Below, in pieces: positions 1 to 12,891 of a stretch of DNA of 64,000 nt (its first letter is position 1; each line of letters starts with the position of its first letter). A program made the position numbers and the translations under genes. Source of the DNA: Eledone cirrhosa. Its lineage: Eukaryota. Below the pieces are notes generated by a model. It saw nothing but the letters and a program-made list of their open reading frames with translations, ran no database searches and had not been told where the DNA came from. The DNA lies in the NCBI GenBank assembly GCA_964016885.1, contig OZ024754.1, positions 8,246,001-8,310,000 on the forward strand, given 5' to 3'.

Positions 1-522
1 CAAGAGAAGACATCTCTTACTCACCTCAAAGTGGATGGGAGATCTCCTCGTCGGAAGAAACAAAACATTCTCTTAAAATGTCAATATAAAGAAATTTTCA
101 GGCATCTTTATATAAAACATATTAAAAGAATAAACAAGAAATGGCCACATGGTCGAAAGATTGCAATTACACATTTTCACGGTTCGTTACAATCAGTAGC
201 GTTCCTCAGTTCTAATTTATCTCGAAACATGTGGGTGCGAGAATTGACAGGTCTATATATATATATATATAAGAAGTTGACGGGTCCAGTGTATTTAACA
301 ACGCCACCGGTTGCATTTCAGCGTACTCAATAGATAATGTAGAATACATTCCAGAGTATACACACAGTTATTTGCTTCAACACAACATACGTAAACGGGT
401 GTCTAACGAGTTTCGGCCACACTTAATGCAGCAATGGGGTGCACTGAACCCTCTGCCTGCATATGTTATGCAACAATGCATAATCGGCGCATGTGAGTTC
501 ATCAGCGGGTATCGCCTAATCA

Positions 523-563
<41 letters not shown>

Positions 564-1026
564 CAACCGACATCTACATTCAGTAATTACATTGGAAACA
601 TGAGAGAGAACATAACAATAATAATAATAATAACAATAATAATAATAATAATAATAATAATGGTAATAATAATTTTCATGGAAACTTTCATATAGCAAGT
701 TGCCATGTTATGGCTGCCATATTGTGACAGATGGTAGACATTTGGGTCAGATAAATAAAAGTAAGTACAGTTATAAGTGAGGAGAAGAATGAAGCAGGGT
801 TAACAGAATCGTTAAATCGCCAAAATAGATGTTTTATAGTATTTGTTCCAGCTGTTAAGGTTTTGGTGTTCAAATCCGGCCGAGGTGAACTTTGCTATTC
901 ATTCGTAGGAAGTAGATAAGTCAATAAAAATATATATTATTAGTCAAGTAGTGGGCTGGTTTTATAAAAGAAGGAAAGAAATGTTAGACAAGAACACAAC
1001 CGTGATTTTAACATGGTATATATATA

Positions 1027-1148
1027 TTCTTCTGATGAAGGACTAGCGTCAAAAACGTTAAGACCCTCTTCCAGTTATATCAAGCGTTAACCTAATATAA
1101 CCCTTCCATGTACCGATTGTGTTGTTATTTCTGTTTACCTTTTACATG
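1027..1148 (+). mobile_element. Penelope-like terminal fragment with degenerate minimal hammerhead (same family as 34402-34530)
   Basis: CTGATGA-A-GGAC-TAGC-GTCA-AAAAC-GTTA-AGA has a mutated GAAA; the downstream ~80 bp aligns with the reverse complement of 34402-34490. Confidence 0.55.
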
Positions 1149-1255
1149 TATGTATGATTGTATGTATGTATGTATAGAGAGATTATATATATATAGAGAG
1201 AGAAAGAGAGAGAAAGACTAAACTATATAAATACACATATATGCATATATAAACG

Positions 1256-1329
<74 letters not shown>

Positions 1330-1412
1330 TATTGCCATGTGTGTAGGCGTGCGTGTAGATTTCCACATAGATAGTCAGATAGATGCATGTTACATTAGAC
1401 TTGATATAGTGT

Positions 1413-1460
<48 letters not shown>

Positions 1461-1652
1461 CATATATATTAGCTTATCATCAGCCGTTCGGCTTAACTAT
1501 TCACGGTTCTATTTTCGACTCCAGTTATCTTTCTAGAGTAATATACTCTCATATATTTGTTGAGTTCAACTATGTACCTACGTAAAATACATCATTCACA
1601 AAAATGGTAAGATACTACAATGTAAACACACCTATGTACATAATAAAAAAGA

Positions 1653-1778
<126 letters not shown>

Positions 1779-1923
1779 TGAGGTGTGTGGTGAGTGTTAT
1801 AAGTCCAGGCATGACAGTATATATATATATATATATATATACATATATAACATATATGTGTGTTTATATATATATATATATACATATATAAACACACCTA
1901 TGTACATAATAAAAAAGAATGTG

Positions 1924-1991
1924 TGTGTGTGTGTGTGTGTGTGTGTGGTGAGGTGAGGTGTGTGGTGAGTGTTATAAGTCCAGGCATGACA

Positions 1992-2023
<32 letters not shown>

Positions 2024-2090
2024 TGTCATGCCTGGACTTATAACACTCACCACACACCTCACCTCACCACACACACACACACACACACAC
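1924..2090. repeat. Palindrome centred on a (TA)n tract; left arm also directly duplicated upstream (~1624-1820)
   Basis: GTGAGTGTTATAAGTCCAGGCATGACAG-(TA)n-CTGTCATGCCTGGACTTATAACACTCAC, extending into (GT)n/(AC)n. Confidence 0.9.
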
Positions 2091-2925
2091 AGGAATTTAG
2101 GAGCAGTTTAGGTATGATACATTTTATTACTAATTATATCTAAATGTTTCTTCTCTCTTCATAATGTATTTTTAACTCTGATACTGGTTCAGTCTGGTTC
2201 AAACTGAATTGGTCTGTCCCAGTCATTCATTGAGCAACATCGGTGAAGTTGGCACCCTTAACTCACAGTTGGGTGCGGATGCATTCATGTATATATGTGT
2301 GTGTCCGCATGTATCTGTGTGTTTCTAAATATATTAATAACTCCCTCTGGTCGAGCAATCTTTGAAGTGTGGGGACAACTGGAAAGCTTCCATTACTCAT
2401 ACTTCTCGCCTTCTTCACTACCTCTTCTGCGGCCTCGATATGAATACCCCCTCCGCCTCCGTGGTATTTTCTTCGTGGTTATAAGAGGCTTAGCTCTGTT
2501 TCTCGACCGTTATATCGCGTGACTATCTCCCCCTCCGCCTTTTGGGATTCTTTCTCACGTCGTGTAGACGCGTTCTTGAGACTAGTAAAATGAGGTATCC
2601 TCTTGATAAGTTGGCAGACCTCGCAAGGACTCTATATCTTTGATATATTGTTTTTGTTTATGCCACGAAACTACGTAGTCGAGGAATTTAGGAGCAGTTT
2701 AGGTATGATACATTTTATTACTAATTATATCTAAATGTTTCTTCTCTCTTCATAATGTATTTTTAACTCTGATACTGGTTCAGTCTGGTTCAAACTGAAT
2801 TGGTCTGTCCCAGTCATTCATTGAGCAACATCGGTGAAGTTGGCACCCTTAACTCACAGTTGGGTGCGGATGCATTCATGTATATATGTGTGTGTCCGCA
2901 TGTATCTGTGTGTTTCTAAATATAT
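2091..2925 (+). mobile_element. Retrozyme/Penelope-like non-autonomous element, 591-bp monomer in ~1.4x partial tandem
   Basis: 2091-2334 is repeated at 2682-2925 (offset 591); hammerhead at the monomer junction; microsatellite flanks; no real ORF. Confidence 0.75.
2598..2685 (+). ncRNA. Type I hammerhead ribozyme candidate, U3-A8 core variant
   Basis: Stem I TCCTC/GAGGA; core TTGATAA (2603-2609); stem II G(T)TGGCA/TGCCAC; GAAA; palindromic stem III CTACGTAG; GTC triplet 2678-2680. Confidence 0.75.
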
Positions 2926-2939
2926 ATATATATATATAC

Positions 2940-2984
<45 letters not shown>

Positions 2985-2987
<3 letters not shown>

Positions 2988-3599
2988 AAAAAATGAAACG
3001 AAATTTCATTTCCCACTCTTAGTACGGCTGTTGCTTAAATATAAGTATGTACACGTGCATACATATATGTATACAGACGTACAGTAGTATGTATATATAT
3101 ATGCATACATGAACACATATATATATATGTACGTATGGATTCACCGAACATTTATTATAATGCTCGGTGTGTTTGTAAACAAACATCCCGTATTAAGTCG
3201 TAGTGTCTAGCAACCATCGTTGCTCGTTTGTTCAACACTGACAAAGGAACGCTGTACTATTTTCAAGCTTATTAGCTATCGTCAGCAACGTATACCTTCC
3301 TGCCAGATTGTTGAACGTATATACTTACCTTGTGCATATTAACGGCTGAGCAGCCCAATTTGCATATCGAGTGGGTTAATCGGCCGGGTGCACAAAAAAC
3401 GATAAACGGAAAAAATGAAACGAAATTTCATTTCCCACTCTTAGTACGGCTGTTACTTAAATATAAGTATGTACACGTACATACATATATGTATACAGAC
3501 GTACAGTAGTATGTATATATATACATACATGCACACATATATATATATATGTACGTATGGATTCACCGAACATTTATTATAATGCTCGGTGTGTTTGTA
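2985..3599 (-). mobile_element. Retrozyme/Penelope-like element, 422-bp monomer in partial tandem
   Basis: 2985-3177 is repeated at 3407-3599 (offset 422); a minus-strand hammerhead lies in the unique part; TA-rich flanks. Confidence 0.7.
3250..3290 (-). ncRNA. Minimal type I hammerhead candidate
   Basis: Reverse complement CGTTG-CTGACGA-T-AGCT-AATA-AGCT-T-GAAA-ATAG-TA-CAGCG; stems I and II pair; GTA triplet. Confidence 0.65.
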
Positions 3600-3895
3600 C
3601 ATTTATATATATATACATTTATATATATATATATACATTTATATATATATATATACATTTATATATATATATACATTTATATATATATATACATTTATAT
3701 ACATTTATATATATACACATTTATATATATACATTTATATATATACATTTATATATATATATACACATTTATATACATTTATAGATATAGATATATATAT
3801 ATACATTTATAGATAGATATATTTCTTTATTAGCCACAGGGGCACAAAAGAAGGGGACAAATACAAAGGGGGAAGTTTACATACAATAAAAATTT

Positions 3896-3939
<44 letters not shown>

Positions 3940-4559
3940 CATAATATTTGTATTAAAAACTAATGTTCTAATGTTCTCACAGTCTCCAGTTCTAATTTTA
4001 GATTCTTCTAGATACTTAACGGTTCTTTTTTTAGATATTCCACTCACAGGGGGTTTGGTCTATCTCTTTTATATATTTCGTTATTCCTGGTTCGCTTCCC
4101 TAGTGGAAATATTGAGATTTCTGTATATATGTCCCGATAGACCCTGGCGGGGAAACAACAAACGCAATCTGAATTGTGTTTATAATTATGATAAGGCGGT
4201 TGATTTAGTAGTGTTCTGGGGTTCTGCATTCAAGTTTCAAATCCCACCGAGGCCCATTTTGCCTTCCATGCTATCGGAGTTGAAAATGAAAGTCCCCGCC
4301 CAGTGTTGGTGCAGCCCAATTTCCTTCTAGTAATGACATCCTGGATATTTCACTACACCCGAGAGACGAAGGTTAGAGAGATTGGTCATGTCTACTCGCG
4401 ACTGTGGGTGAAACTAATATATTTTAGAGAAAGCATGCTACTATAAAGTCATATACTATTTTGAATGGCGACTGAAGATGTTTGAAGTTTAGCTCTGTGA
4501 TATTAAAATGTTTCCTAAGTGTGAACCTACAGTAAGTTGGCGTTACAATCCCTAAACTA

Positions 4560-5385
4560 TATAGACATATAGATAGATATAGAGACATATATATAGAGAC
4601 ATATATATAGAGACATATATAGAGAGACATATATAGAGAGACATATATATAGAGACATATATATAGAGACATATATACAGAGGCATATATACAGAGACAT
4701 ATATACATAGACAGACATATATACATAGACATATATATATAGACATATATATATAGACATATATATATAGACATATATATATAGACATATATATATATAG
4801 ACATATATATATAGACATATATATATAGACATATATTATATAGACATATATATATAGACATATATATATAGACATATATATATAGACATATATATATAGA
4901 CATATATATATAGACATATATATATAGACATATAGACATATATATATAGACATGTATATAGACATATATATATAGACATGTATATAGACATATATATAGA
5001 CATATATATAGACATATATATAGACATATATATAGACACATATATAGACATATATAGAGACATATATAGAGACATATATAGAGACATATATAGAGACATA
5101 TATAGAGACATATATATAGACATATATATAGACATATATATAGACATATATAGAGACATAGACATATATATAGACATAGACATATATATAGACATATATA
5201 TATAGACATATATATATAGACATATATATATAGACATATATATATATAGACATATATATATAGACATATATATAGACATATATATAGACATATATATAGA
5301 CATATATATAGACAGATAGATAAATAGACAAATAGACATACAAATAGACAGACAAATGGACAGATAGACAAATAGACAAATAGAC
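4560..5385. repeat. Complex (ATATAGAC)-type microsatellite
   Basis: Iterated AGAC(AT)n units. Confidence 0.95.
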
Positions 5386-5585
5386 CTTTTAAGAGTATGT
5401 TTTGCTTCTTCCGACAGGGAGATCTCCCACCCACTTTGGGGTGGGTGGGAGATGTCTTCTCTTTTGAAAATGGGTTCAGCTTTCATTATGTAAAATCTCC
5501 CCATTTTGCCTCATTTCTCCCAGTTTTGGGGGCACTTCTTTTTCAAGATACTCCCAGTTTGGGATTTGAGAGGTTGACAGGTCTG
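5383..5585 (-). mobile_element. MITE family C copy (CAGACCTG(C/T)CAACC termini)
   Basis: Ends in GGTTGACAGGTCTG; internal GGGAGATCTCCCACCCAC and AGCTTTCATTATGTAAAATC are shared with 10152-10457 and 62150-63260. Confidence 0.7.
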
Positions 5586-5625
5586 TTATTATCCCCTATG
5601 TTATTCAAATATATTATATTTAATA

Positions 5626-5790
5626 TGTGGTGGATTGGCAGTATCAGTAGAGGGTCGGACACCATGCTTTGCAGCATAGAATTACATCCCTTTACGGTCT
5701 GAGCTCAAATCCTGCCGAGGTTAACTTTGACTTTCATTCTTACGGGGTCGATAAAATAAAGTACCAGTAATGCACTGAGGATAATTGCTG
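5626..5790 (+). mobile_element. tRNA-derived SINE family A
   Basis: A-box-like TGGCAGTATCAG, degenerate B box, core CTTTCATTCTTACGGGGTCGATAAAATAAAGTACCAG. Confidence 0.8.
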
Positions 5791-5925
5791 GACCATAACG
5801 CGCCAGAGTACTCGATACTTAGGGTGGTAGAGTGGGTAATAGGAAAAGAGTCAGGACCCCGATGGCTGAGCTCCGGCCGTTTCGACAGCTAGATACGAAA
5901 GCTGTTCGGATCTAGCTGTCGAAAT
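5789..5925 (-). mobile_element. Penelope-like terminal fragment, family H (3' half of a hammerhead, short inversion)
   Basis: Homologous to 7627-7830 and 43290-43430; terminal inverted TTTCGACAGCTAGAT/ATCTAGCTGTCGAAA. Confidence 0.6.
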
Positions 5926-5944
5926 GAATGTATGTATACATGCA

Positions 5945-6006
<62 letters not shown>

Positions 6007-6672
6007 TGTATGTATATAGGTATCTGTGTATATATTATGCGGTGAGGGTGTACCATGAATGAAGAAACAATGCTATCAGGGGTTTTTTATGATAGCTGAT
6101 TTTATCACAGCTTATAATATAATGCAGTCATCATCTGTGTTCATTTATTACCCAAGATATTCTGAATTGTTATACAATAAAATTTTCGACGCTCAAGTCT
6201 TAAGGCATCTTTCCATCCGATTTCATTTCAATTCTATCTGAATTTTGGAAAAAGAAAACCCCTGAAACACAAATAATAATACTTTATATTCAATTCTAGG
6301 AAAGTATTTTTCTTTGCCTTATATGACGTAATTCATTTTTGATTGTGAAATTTTATTATTAATTCCTTGTTTGCAATGGTGGAAAAATACGCTAAACTAT
6401 AGAAATTTATTCTGATAAGCCCTTCCTCTTGATAATAATTGGTCTATTCTCTACTATCTCTCTAGCCCCATATGTTCCATCCTCGGTACCCCCCCCCCCC
6501 TATATATATATACACACCTCTCTCTCTATATATATATATACATACACACATCTCTCTCTCTCTTATATATATATATATCTCGCTCTCTATATGCATACAC
6601 ACATCTCTCTCTCTCAATATATATATATATATATCTCGCTCTCTATATGCATACACACATCTCTCTCTCTCA

Positions 6673-6709
<37 letters not shown>

Positions 6710-7086
6710 TATCTCTCCCAATATATATTTATATACACACATATCTCTCCCAATATATATTTATATACACACATATCTCTCCCAATATATATTTATATAC
6801 ACACATATCTCTCCCAATATATATTTATATACACACATATCTCTCTCTCATATATATATAAATACACACATACCTCTCTATATATATATATAAATACACA
6901 CATACCTCTCTATATATATATATAAATACACACATACCTCTCTCTCTCTATATATATATATAAATACACACATACCTCTCTCTCTCTATATATATATATA
7001 AATACACACATACCTCTCTCTCTCTATATATATATATAAATACACACATACCTCTCTCTCTCTATATATATATATAAATACACACA

Positions 7087-7216
<130 letters not shown>

Positions 7217-7405
7217 TACCAAGAGTTTACGGTAGTGTCCAATCCGTATGAAGAACTCAATGTAATCCGGATATCATGGAAAGAAGAGATGCAATGAAAA
7301 ATCACTTTCGGTGAAATATAAACGGAATACAGAGTCAAGATAAAATATTTAAAAAATAATGAATAAAACAATGAAACAGTTCCTTATATTAAACAAAAAA
7401 AGTTC

Positions 7406-7553
7406 ATTATTTAACGATCGTTTCTGGGATATATATGTGTTAGAATTGGCATGTATATTTAACAGATCTATGTACAAAATTATACAAAATTATACAAACT
7501 ATCAAAATTAAATATACATACCAACTCATATATATGCCGTCTTCAGAAATAAT
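7406..7553 (-). ncRNA. Type I hammerhead candidate with long stem II
   Basis: Reverse complement: stem I ATTATTT/AAATAAT; CTGAAGA; stem II including GAGTTGGTATGTATATTTAA/TTAAATATACATGCCAATTC; GAAA; palindromic CGATCG; GTT triplet. Confidence 0.7.
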
Positions 7554-7593
7554 CATATATATATATATAATAAATAATCATAAATAAATAATC

Positions 7594-7626
<33 letters not shown>

Positions 7627-7825
7627 ACGAAGGAAATGTGGTAAGGAACCAGGTGGACCATAACGCACCAAAGTACTCAATACTTGAGGTAGTAGAGTGG
7701 GTAATAGGAACCAGTAAGACCCCGACAGCTGAGCTCAAGCCGTTTCGACGGCTAATTCTGGACTAAATCAGTCCAGAATTAGCCGTCGAAACGGCTTGAG
7801 CTCAGCTGTCGGGGTCTTACTGGTT

Positions 7826-7830
<5 letters not shown>
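7627..7830. mobile_element. Penelope-like family H with inverted duplication, in (TA)n
   Basis: Inverted arms GGAACCAGTAAGACCCCGAC...TCTGGACT / AGTCCAGA...GTCGGGGTCTTACTGGTTCC. Confidence 0.7.
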
Positions 7831-7903
<73 letters not shown>

Positions 7904-8339
7904 CATACATATATATATATATATATATACATACATATATATATATATATATATACATACATACATACTTATATATATATGAAATTTATTTTTTTACTTT
8001 TAAAGATGAATTATATTTTCGCACCATACCATTGAAAAATAAATACACGTTAAATACATATCTTTGGTCGGATACAATCATAGTTTATCGTAATTCCTTT
8101 CTTTAGTTATTATTTCCTTTTTATTATATCTTATAATTTCGAACACATTGTTGATTATTTAATGAAATTGATACAGAAGCCATTAAAGTTATGTTGCAGA
8201 TTATATAAGGGTGAGATAGGATATCCTATACTACTGCACAACTTAAATGAATGTGGTTGACAGTGACAAAGAAAGAAAGTTTTGTTAAAGACAACAAATA
8301 AACGTTATTTTTTCGTGAAAATAATCAATTCTAGTTCGT

Positions 8340-8340
8340 G

Positions 8341-8376
<36 letters not shown>

Positions 8377-8451
8377 CACCATGTGAAGTATATATATATA
8401 TATATATATAATCACCATGTGAAGTGTATATATATATAATCATCATGTGAC

Positions 8452-8484
<33 letters not shown>

Positions 8485-8776
8485 CACCATGTGAAGTGTA
8501 TATATATATATATATATAATCATCATGTGACGTATATATATATATATATAATAATCATGTGACGTATATATATATATATAATAATCATGTGACGTATATA
8601 TATATATATATATATATATAATAATCATGTGAAGTATATATATATATATATATAATAATAATCATGTGAAGTATATATATATATATATAGATATATATAT
8701 ATAATAATCATGTGAAGTATATATATATATATATATAGATATATATATATATATATATATATAATCATCATGTGAA

Positions 8777-8811
<35 letters not shown>

Positions 8812-8830
8812 CATCATGTGAAGTATATAT
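8340..8830. repeat. Compound minisatellite ATAATCA(T/C)CATGTGA(A/C)G-(TA)n
   Basis: A fixed motif recurs about a dozen times, separated by variable-length TA runs. Confidence 0.9.
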
Positions 8831-9707
8831 ATATATATATAATGAAGCTTCCTACATGTGAATACCTGTGCATATATGAAAGTGAGAATTTTGTGGATAC
8901 GTTAAAGCATTGGATTAGATGTAATGTGGTATTTGCTCCGTCTCTCTCCTGAGTTCAAGTCCCATCAAAGTCAACTTATATTCGGTATCAACTTTTCTGC
9001 TCTATAAATAAATGCACCACTCCAAGGGTGGCAGATTTTTGAATTGCTAAAAGGTCGGACACGATTTTCTGTTATAACCGTTTTGGCAATTGCATTTTGT
9101 ATTCCCTAGCAGCGACACTGGTGCCAAGCTGCATTGGCCATTGCCTTTCTTTTGTACGACACCGCTGACACTTAGAAAAGAAACTTGTATTAATAGGCGA
9201 CTGTTGGTTTTCCAGAATCTCCACTGTTTCTGGCATGCGCATTGAAGAAGAAATTTTCAGGGGAAAATTCATGGTTTGAGGAAATATATGGATGTCCCGG
9301 TGTATATGAATTTGCACATATATAAGTAAGGAATGGGGGTGTTTATATCGCTGCTAGTTATACAGGTATCAACTGGTTCCATGAATAATCTTAGACAATC
9401 GAAATGAGACACTTCTGTATATAAATGTTAAAGAGTTGTTTTGTGATTCTTAACCTTATAGTTGTTTTAATTCCAGGCAACTACTCTAGTGTCGATAAAA
9501 TAGATGTCTGTAATATACTGAGGTAGTTTTATTATTGCAGTATAGATTTATGGTCCTTTAAGGTCTGAGTTCAAATCCAGCCGAGATTAGCTTCACCTTT
9601 CATCCTTACGAGGTCGATAAAATAAAGTACCAGTCACGCACTGGGGTCGATGATTTCATCGACTTTTCCAATATATTTTGATTTAATTAACATTAAACTA
9701 TCGAGAA

Positions 9708-10027
9708 TTTAAGCCATCATCTCCACTGAGCGGAACTCCAATCTCTTGCGAGTTTAAGCCATCATCTCCACTGAACGGAACTCCAATCTCTTGCGATTTT
9801 AAGAGATCATCTCCACTGAACGGAACTCCAATCTCTTGCGATTTTAAGAGATCATCTCCACTGAACGGAACTCCAATCTCTTGCGATTTTAAGAGATCAT
9901 CTCCACTGAACGGAACTCCAATCTCTTGCGATTTTAAGAGATCATCTCCACTGAACGGAACTCCAATCTCTTGCGATTTTAAGAGATCATCTCCACTGAA
10001 CGGAACTCCAGTCTCTTGCGAGTTTAA
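9708..10027. repeat. 45-bp minisatellite, ~7 copies
   Basis: Unit TTTTAAGAGATCATCTCCACTGAACGGAACTCCAATCTCTTGCGA; explains the 15-aa repeat in ORF 9698..10192. Confidence 0.95.
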
Positions 10028-10151
10028 TCCCCAGTCGCTGCTGCCCGTAGTCATTTTCACCTGAGTGGATTTGACAAAAGTGTAACGATGTGTCTTACTC
10101 AAGGACAATATACTGCTTGGTACGGAAACCGAAACCACACCCTTACAATCA

Positions 10152-10457
10152 CAGACCTGCCAACCTCTAAAGACCCAAACGAGGAGTGTCATGAAAAAAA
10201 GTGCTCCAAACGGAGAGAAATGAGGGGGAAAATGGGGAAATTTTACATAATTGTTTCTACTTTAGACACAAGGCCAACAATTATCCAGTCCATTACTGGT
10301 ACTTTATTTTATCGACCCCGTAAGGATGAAAGGCAAAGTTAACCTTGGCGGGATTTTACATAATGAAAGCTATACCATTTACACAAGAGTAGACATCTCT
10401 CATACACCCAAAGTGGGTGGGAGATCTCCCCGTCAGACGGGAGAGTTGACAGGTCTG
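10152..10457 (+). mobile_element. MITE family C with 6-bp TSD, containing a SINE A fragment and inserted into a SINE B
   Basis: TIRs CAGACCTGCCAAC/GTTGACAGGTCTG; CAATCA duplicated at 10146-10151 and 10458-10463; SINE A piece ~10248-10355. Confidence 0.85.
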
Positions 10458-11141
10458 CAATCATGAACCCAGCACGTTAGTCTGTAAACGACGTGCCTTC
10501 ACAGAATGTATTTTTTTAAAGACGGTATAATGTGATTTGATGAGGATGTGTGTGTTACTTTAAGCGTGTAAAATGACGTGCAGAAGCCCCTTGTTTTACT
10601 TGTAAAACGCATGTCCTGATAGGTGACTGAATCTATCAATCTCATTATTACAACTTTAATGTTTTAAATGGTAATTTTCACCTCACTTCTAACGTAATCG
10701 GCAGGAAACAATCAAACTGAAACAAGATCGAAATTGAGATTTTAACTTGAAAATTGTTCCTTGCAATCTGTTAAGTTTCGTTCTATTTTTCTTTATATTT
10801 ACTGTGCTTTTAAGATAATTGAATGTTCACCTGGCAATAATAAGCTAAAAGAAAACAGATTTTAACTGCTGTTTTTTTTTTTGTATATAATGGGATGCTT
10901 GTTCATTCAGCTATAATAGACTACAACATTTCTATCAATGTCCGATATCCTTATCCTATGATAATATACGAAACTTAAACAAAATAATGATTAAGTTAAT
11001 TCTCACTTAATGTGATCTTATTCTGCCACCCGTGTCAATCACTGTTAGCTTTCTCAGTTGTTTATAAAATACAACGAAAACTGAAAGAAAGGGTCGTTGC
11101 TAGCTTATAGATTGGTGTTGAAATCTATGGCGGTGTTTAGT

Positions 11142-11327
11142 CAGGGTCGTCTTAACAGCATTATAGACCCCCGGGCAAAGCAGAGCACTGAGGCCCCCGG
11201 GCAAAGCAGAGCACTGGGGCCCCCTACCTACACAACCACTCACAAGAATAAAAATACAAATGGGCCCCCTATCCTCGTGGGGCCCCCGGGCAACTGCCCA
11301 GCGTGCCCATGCGTTAAGACGGCCCTG
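11142..11327. mobile_element. hAT-type MITE
   Basis: TIRs CAGGGTCGTCTTAAC/GTTAAGACGGCCCTG; 8-bp TSD TGTTTAGT/TGTTTTGT; GGGCCCC subterminal motifs. Confidence 0.85.
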
Positions 11328-11864
11328 TGTTTTGTGTCATGGACGCAGTATTGGCGAATGGCTAAGATCTTCACTTTGAAATTATTAAGTTTGTGTTCGA
11401 TTCTGCAGAAAATCTTGCAGAGAACTATACAGAATCTTGGACAAGTGTCCTTTATCATAGTCCTTACCATGTCTTGAGAATGAAATTGGTTAGCTGGAAA
11501 CTGGAAGATTCTGCGGAATATTCAGCCACTTTCATGTTAATCTCATTAGCAGAGAGTTTTTTTTTGTTTTTCTTTTGTAAAGAGTAAGGAGGGAAGATGG
11601 ACGTATGCAAGATTCTTTTGTTGAACATATCCAAATAACAGGCGGGAAACAGGTTGGACATGTCTATATGATAAATGGAGCAGGGATGGGGTTAATTTAA
11701 GAGACAACAAAGGAAGCCGAAGCAGACAACGAACAAGATGAAGGTATGTAATCGATAAATAACACAAACTTTGAAGAAGAGAAAAGTGTAATGGATGTAT
11801 AAATACGAGGAAAGCATTTACAGAGCAATGGCGAATGAGGTGTATCATTTGATTAAGGGCAGGG

Positions 11865-12052
11865 AAGGATTGGCAGTATGGGTAGCGAGTCGGACGACAT
11901 GCTTTTCAGCAAAGAGTTACGGCCCTTTATGAACTGAGTTCAAATCCCGCCGAGGTTAACTTTGCCTTTCATCCTTACGGGGTCGATAACATAAAGTAGT
12001 AGTAATACACTGGGATAATTGCTGGCCTTGTGCCAAAAGTAGAAACAATTAT
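11865..12052 (+). mobile_element. SINE family A
   Basis: GAGTTCAAATCCC B box, conserved core, 3' GGCCTTGTGCCAAAAGTAGAAACAATTA. Confidence 0.85.
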
Positions 12053-12567
12053 TTGATTATAGGCGAGATGTTTAGGAAGGGAAACAGACCCAAAGCTGTA
12101 GTGTTATTTATCAAGTTTAAATTATATTTTAGTAACACATGTTCTGTTGTAATTAATAATTTACACGGAATAGTTTCTAGTGTAACAGTCTTTATCTTTA
12201 ATGGAAATATTGTGTCCAATTATATGAGAATTTAAGACATTGTAATACCGCCATAGTTATAGTAATTTCATTCTGGCTGAAATAAAAATGGAGTACAGAA
12301 ACGCTGATTTTAAATAACACGGATATGACATGGCCTTAGATATGGCTGCGTGACTAAATAGTTCATTTTGTAACTAAGCAGTTTCTTGTTCGACCCCACT
12401 GTACGGTAGCTACTGTCGTAGATTTGGGTCGGCCGAATTCTTGGGGGCGTATTTTTCATATTAGTATCTTAGTTGTCTCGTTAATTATCATGTTTATATC
12501 TGTTTAGACGTGTGTCGTGAAAAATGTCCTCGGGCATGCAAAAAGCAATGTTGCCTATTAGAGGTAA

Positions 12568-12891
12568 ACCTGCCAACCTCTAAAAATCCAAACAGGGAGT
12601 ACCATGAAAAGAAGTGCCCCAAAACGGGGAGAAATGAGGCAAGTTGGAGAGATTTTAGAACAACTACAAATCTACTAAAAAAAAAACTATTCATTTCAGA
12701 AGAATGTTAAATAAAATTAACCTGCTAACTTCTAAAAAACCCAAACGGTGAGTTCCATGAGAAAAGGTGCCCCAAAACGGGGAGATTTTACATAATGAAA
12801 GCTATACCTATTTTCACAAAAGAAGCCATCTCTCAGCCACCCTAAAGTGATTGGGAAATCTCCCCGTCGGACGGAGAGGGTTAACAAGTCT
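12568..12891 (+). mobile_element. MITE family C, one partial and one near-complete degenerate copy
   Basis: ACCTGCCAACCTCTAAAAATCCAAAC start occurs twice; ends GGGTTAACAAGTCT. Confidence 0.7.

Noticed and set aside
400-512. Minus-strand CTGATGA...GAAAC hammerhead-like motif
   Set aside because: No stem I pairing and a weak stem II; could be chance or heavily decayed
7244-7327. TCCGT-ATGAAGA...GAAA-TATA-A-ACGGA hammerhead-like motif
   Set aside because: Core mutated and stem II unconvincing; at best a relic
9698-10192. 164-aa ORF with 15-aa repeats
   Set aside because: Frame stays open only because of a 45-bp minisatellite; its N-terminus lies in MITE/SINE sequence
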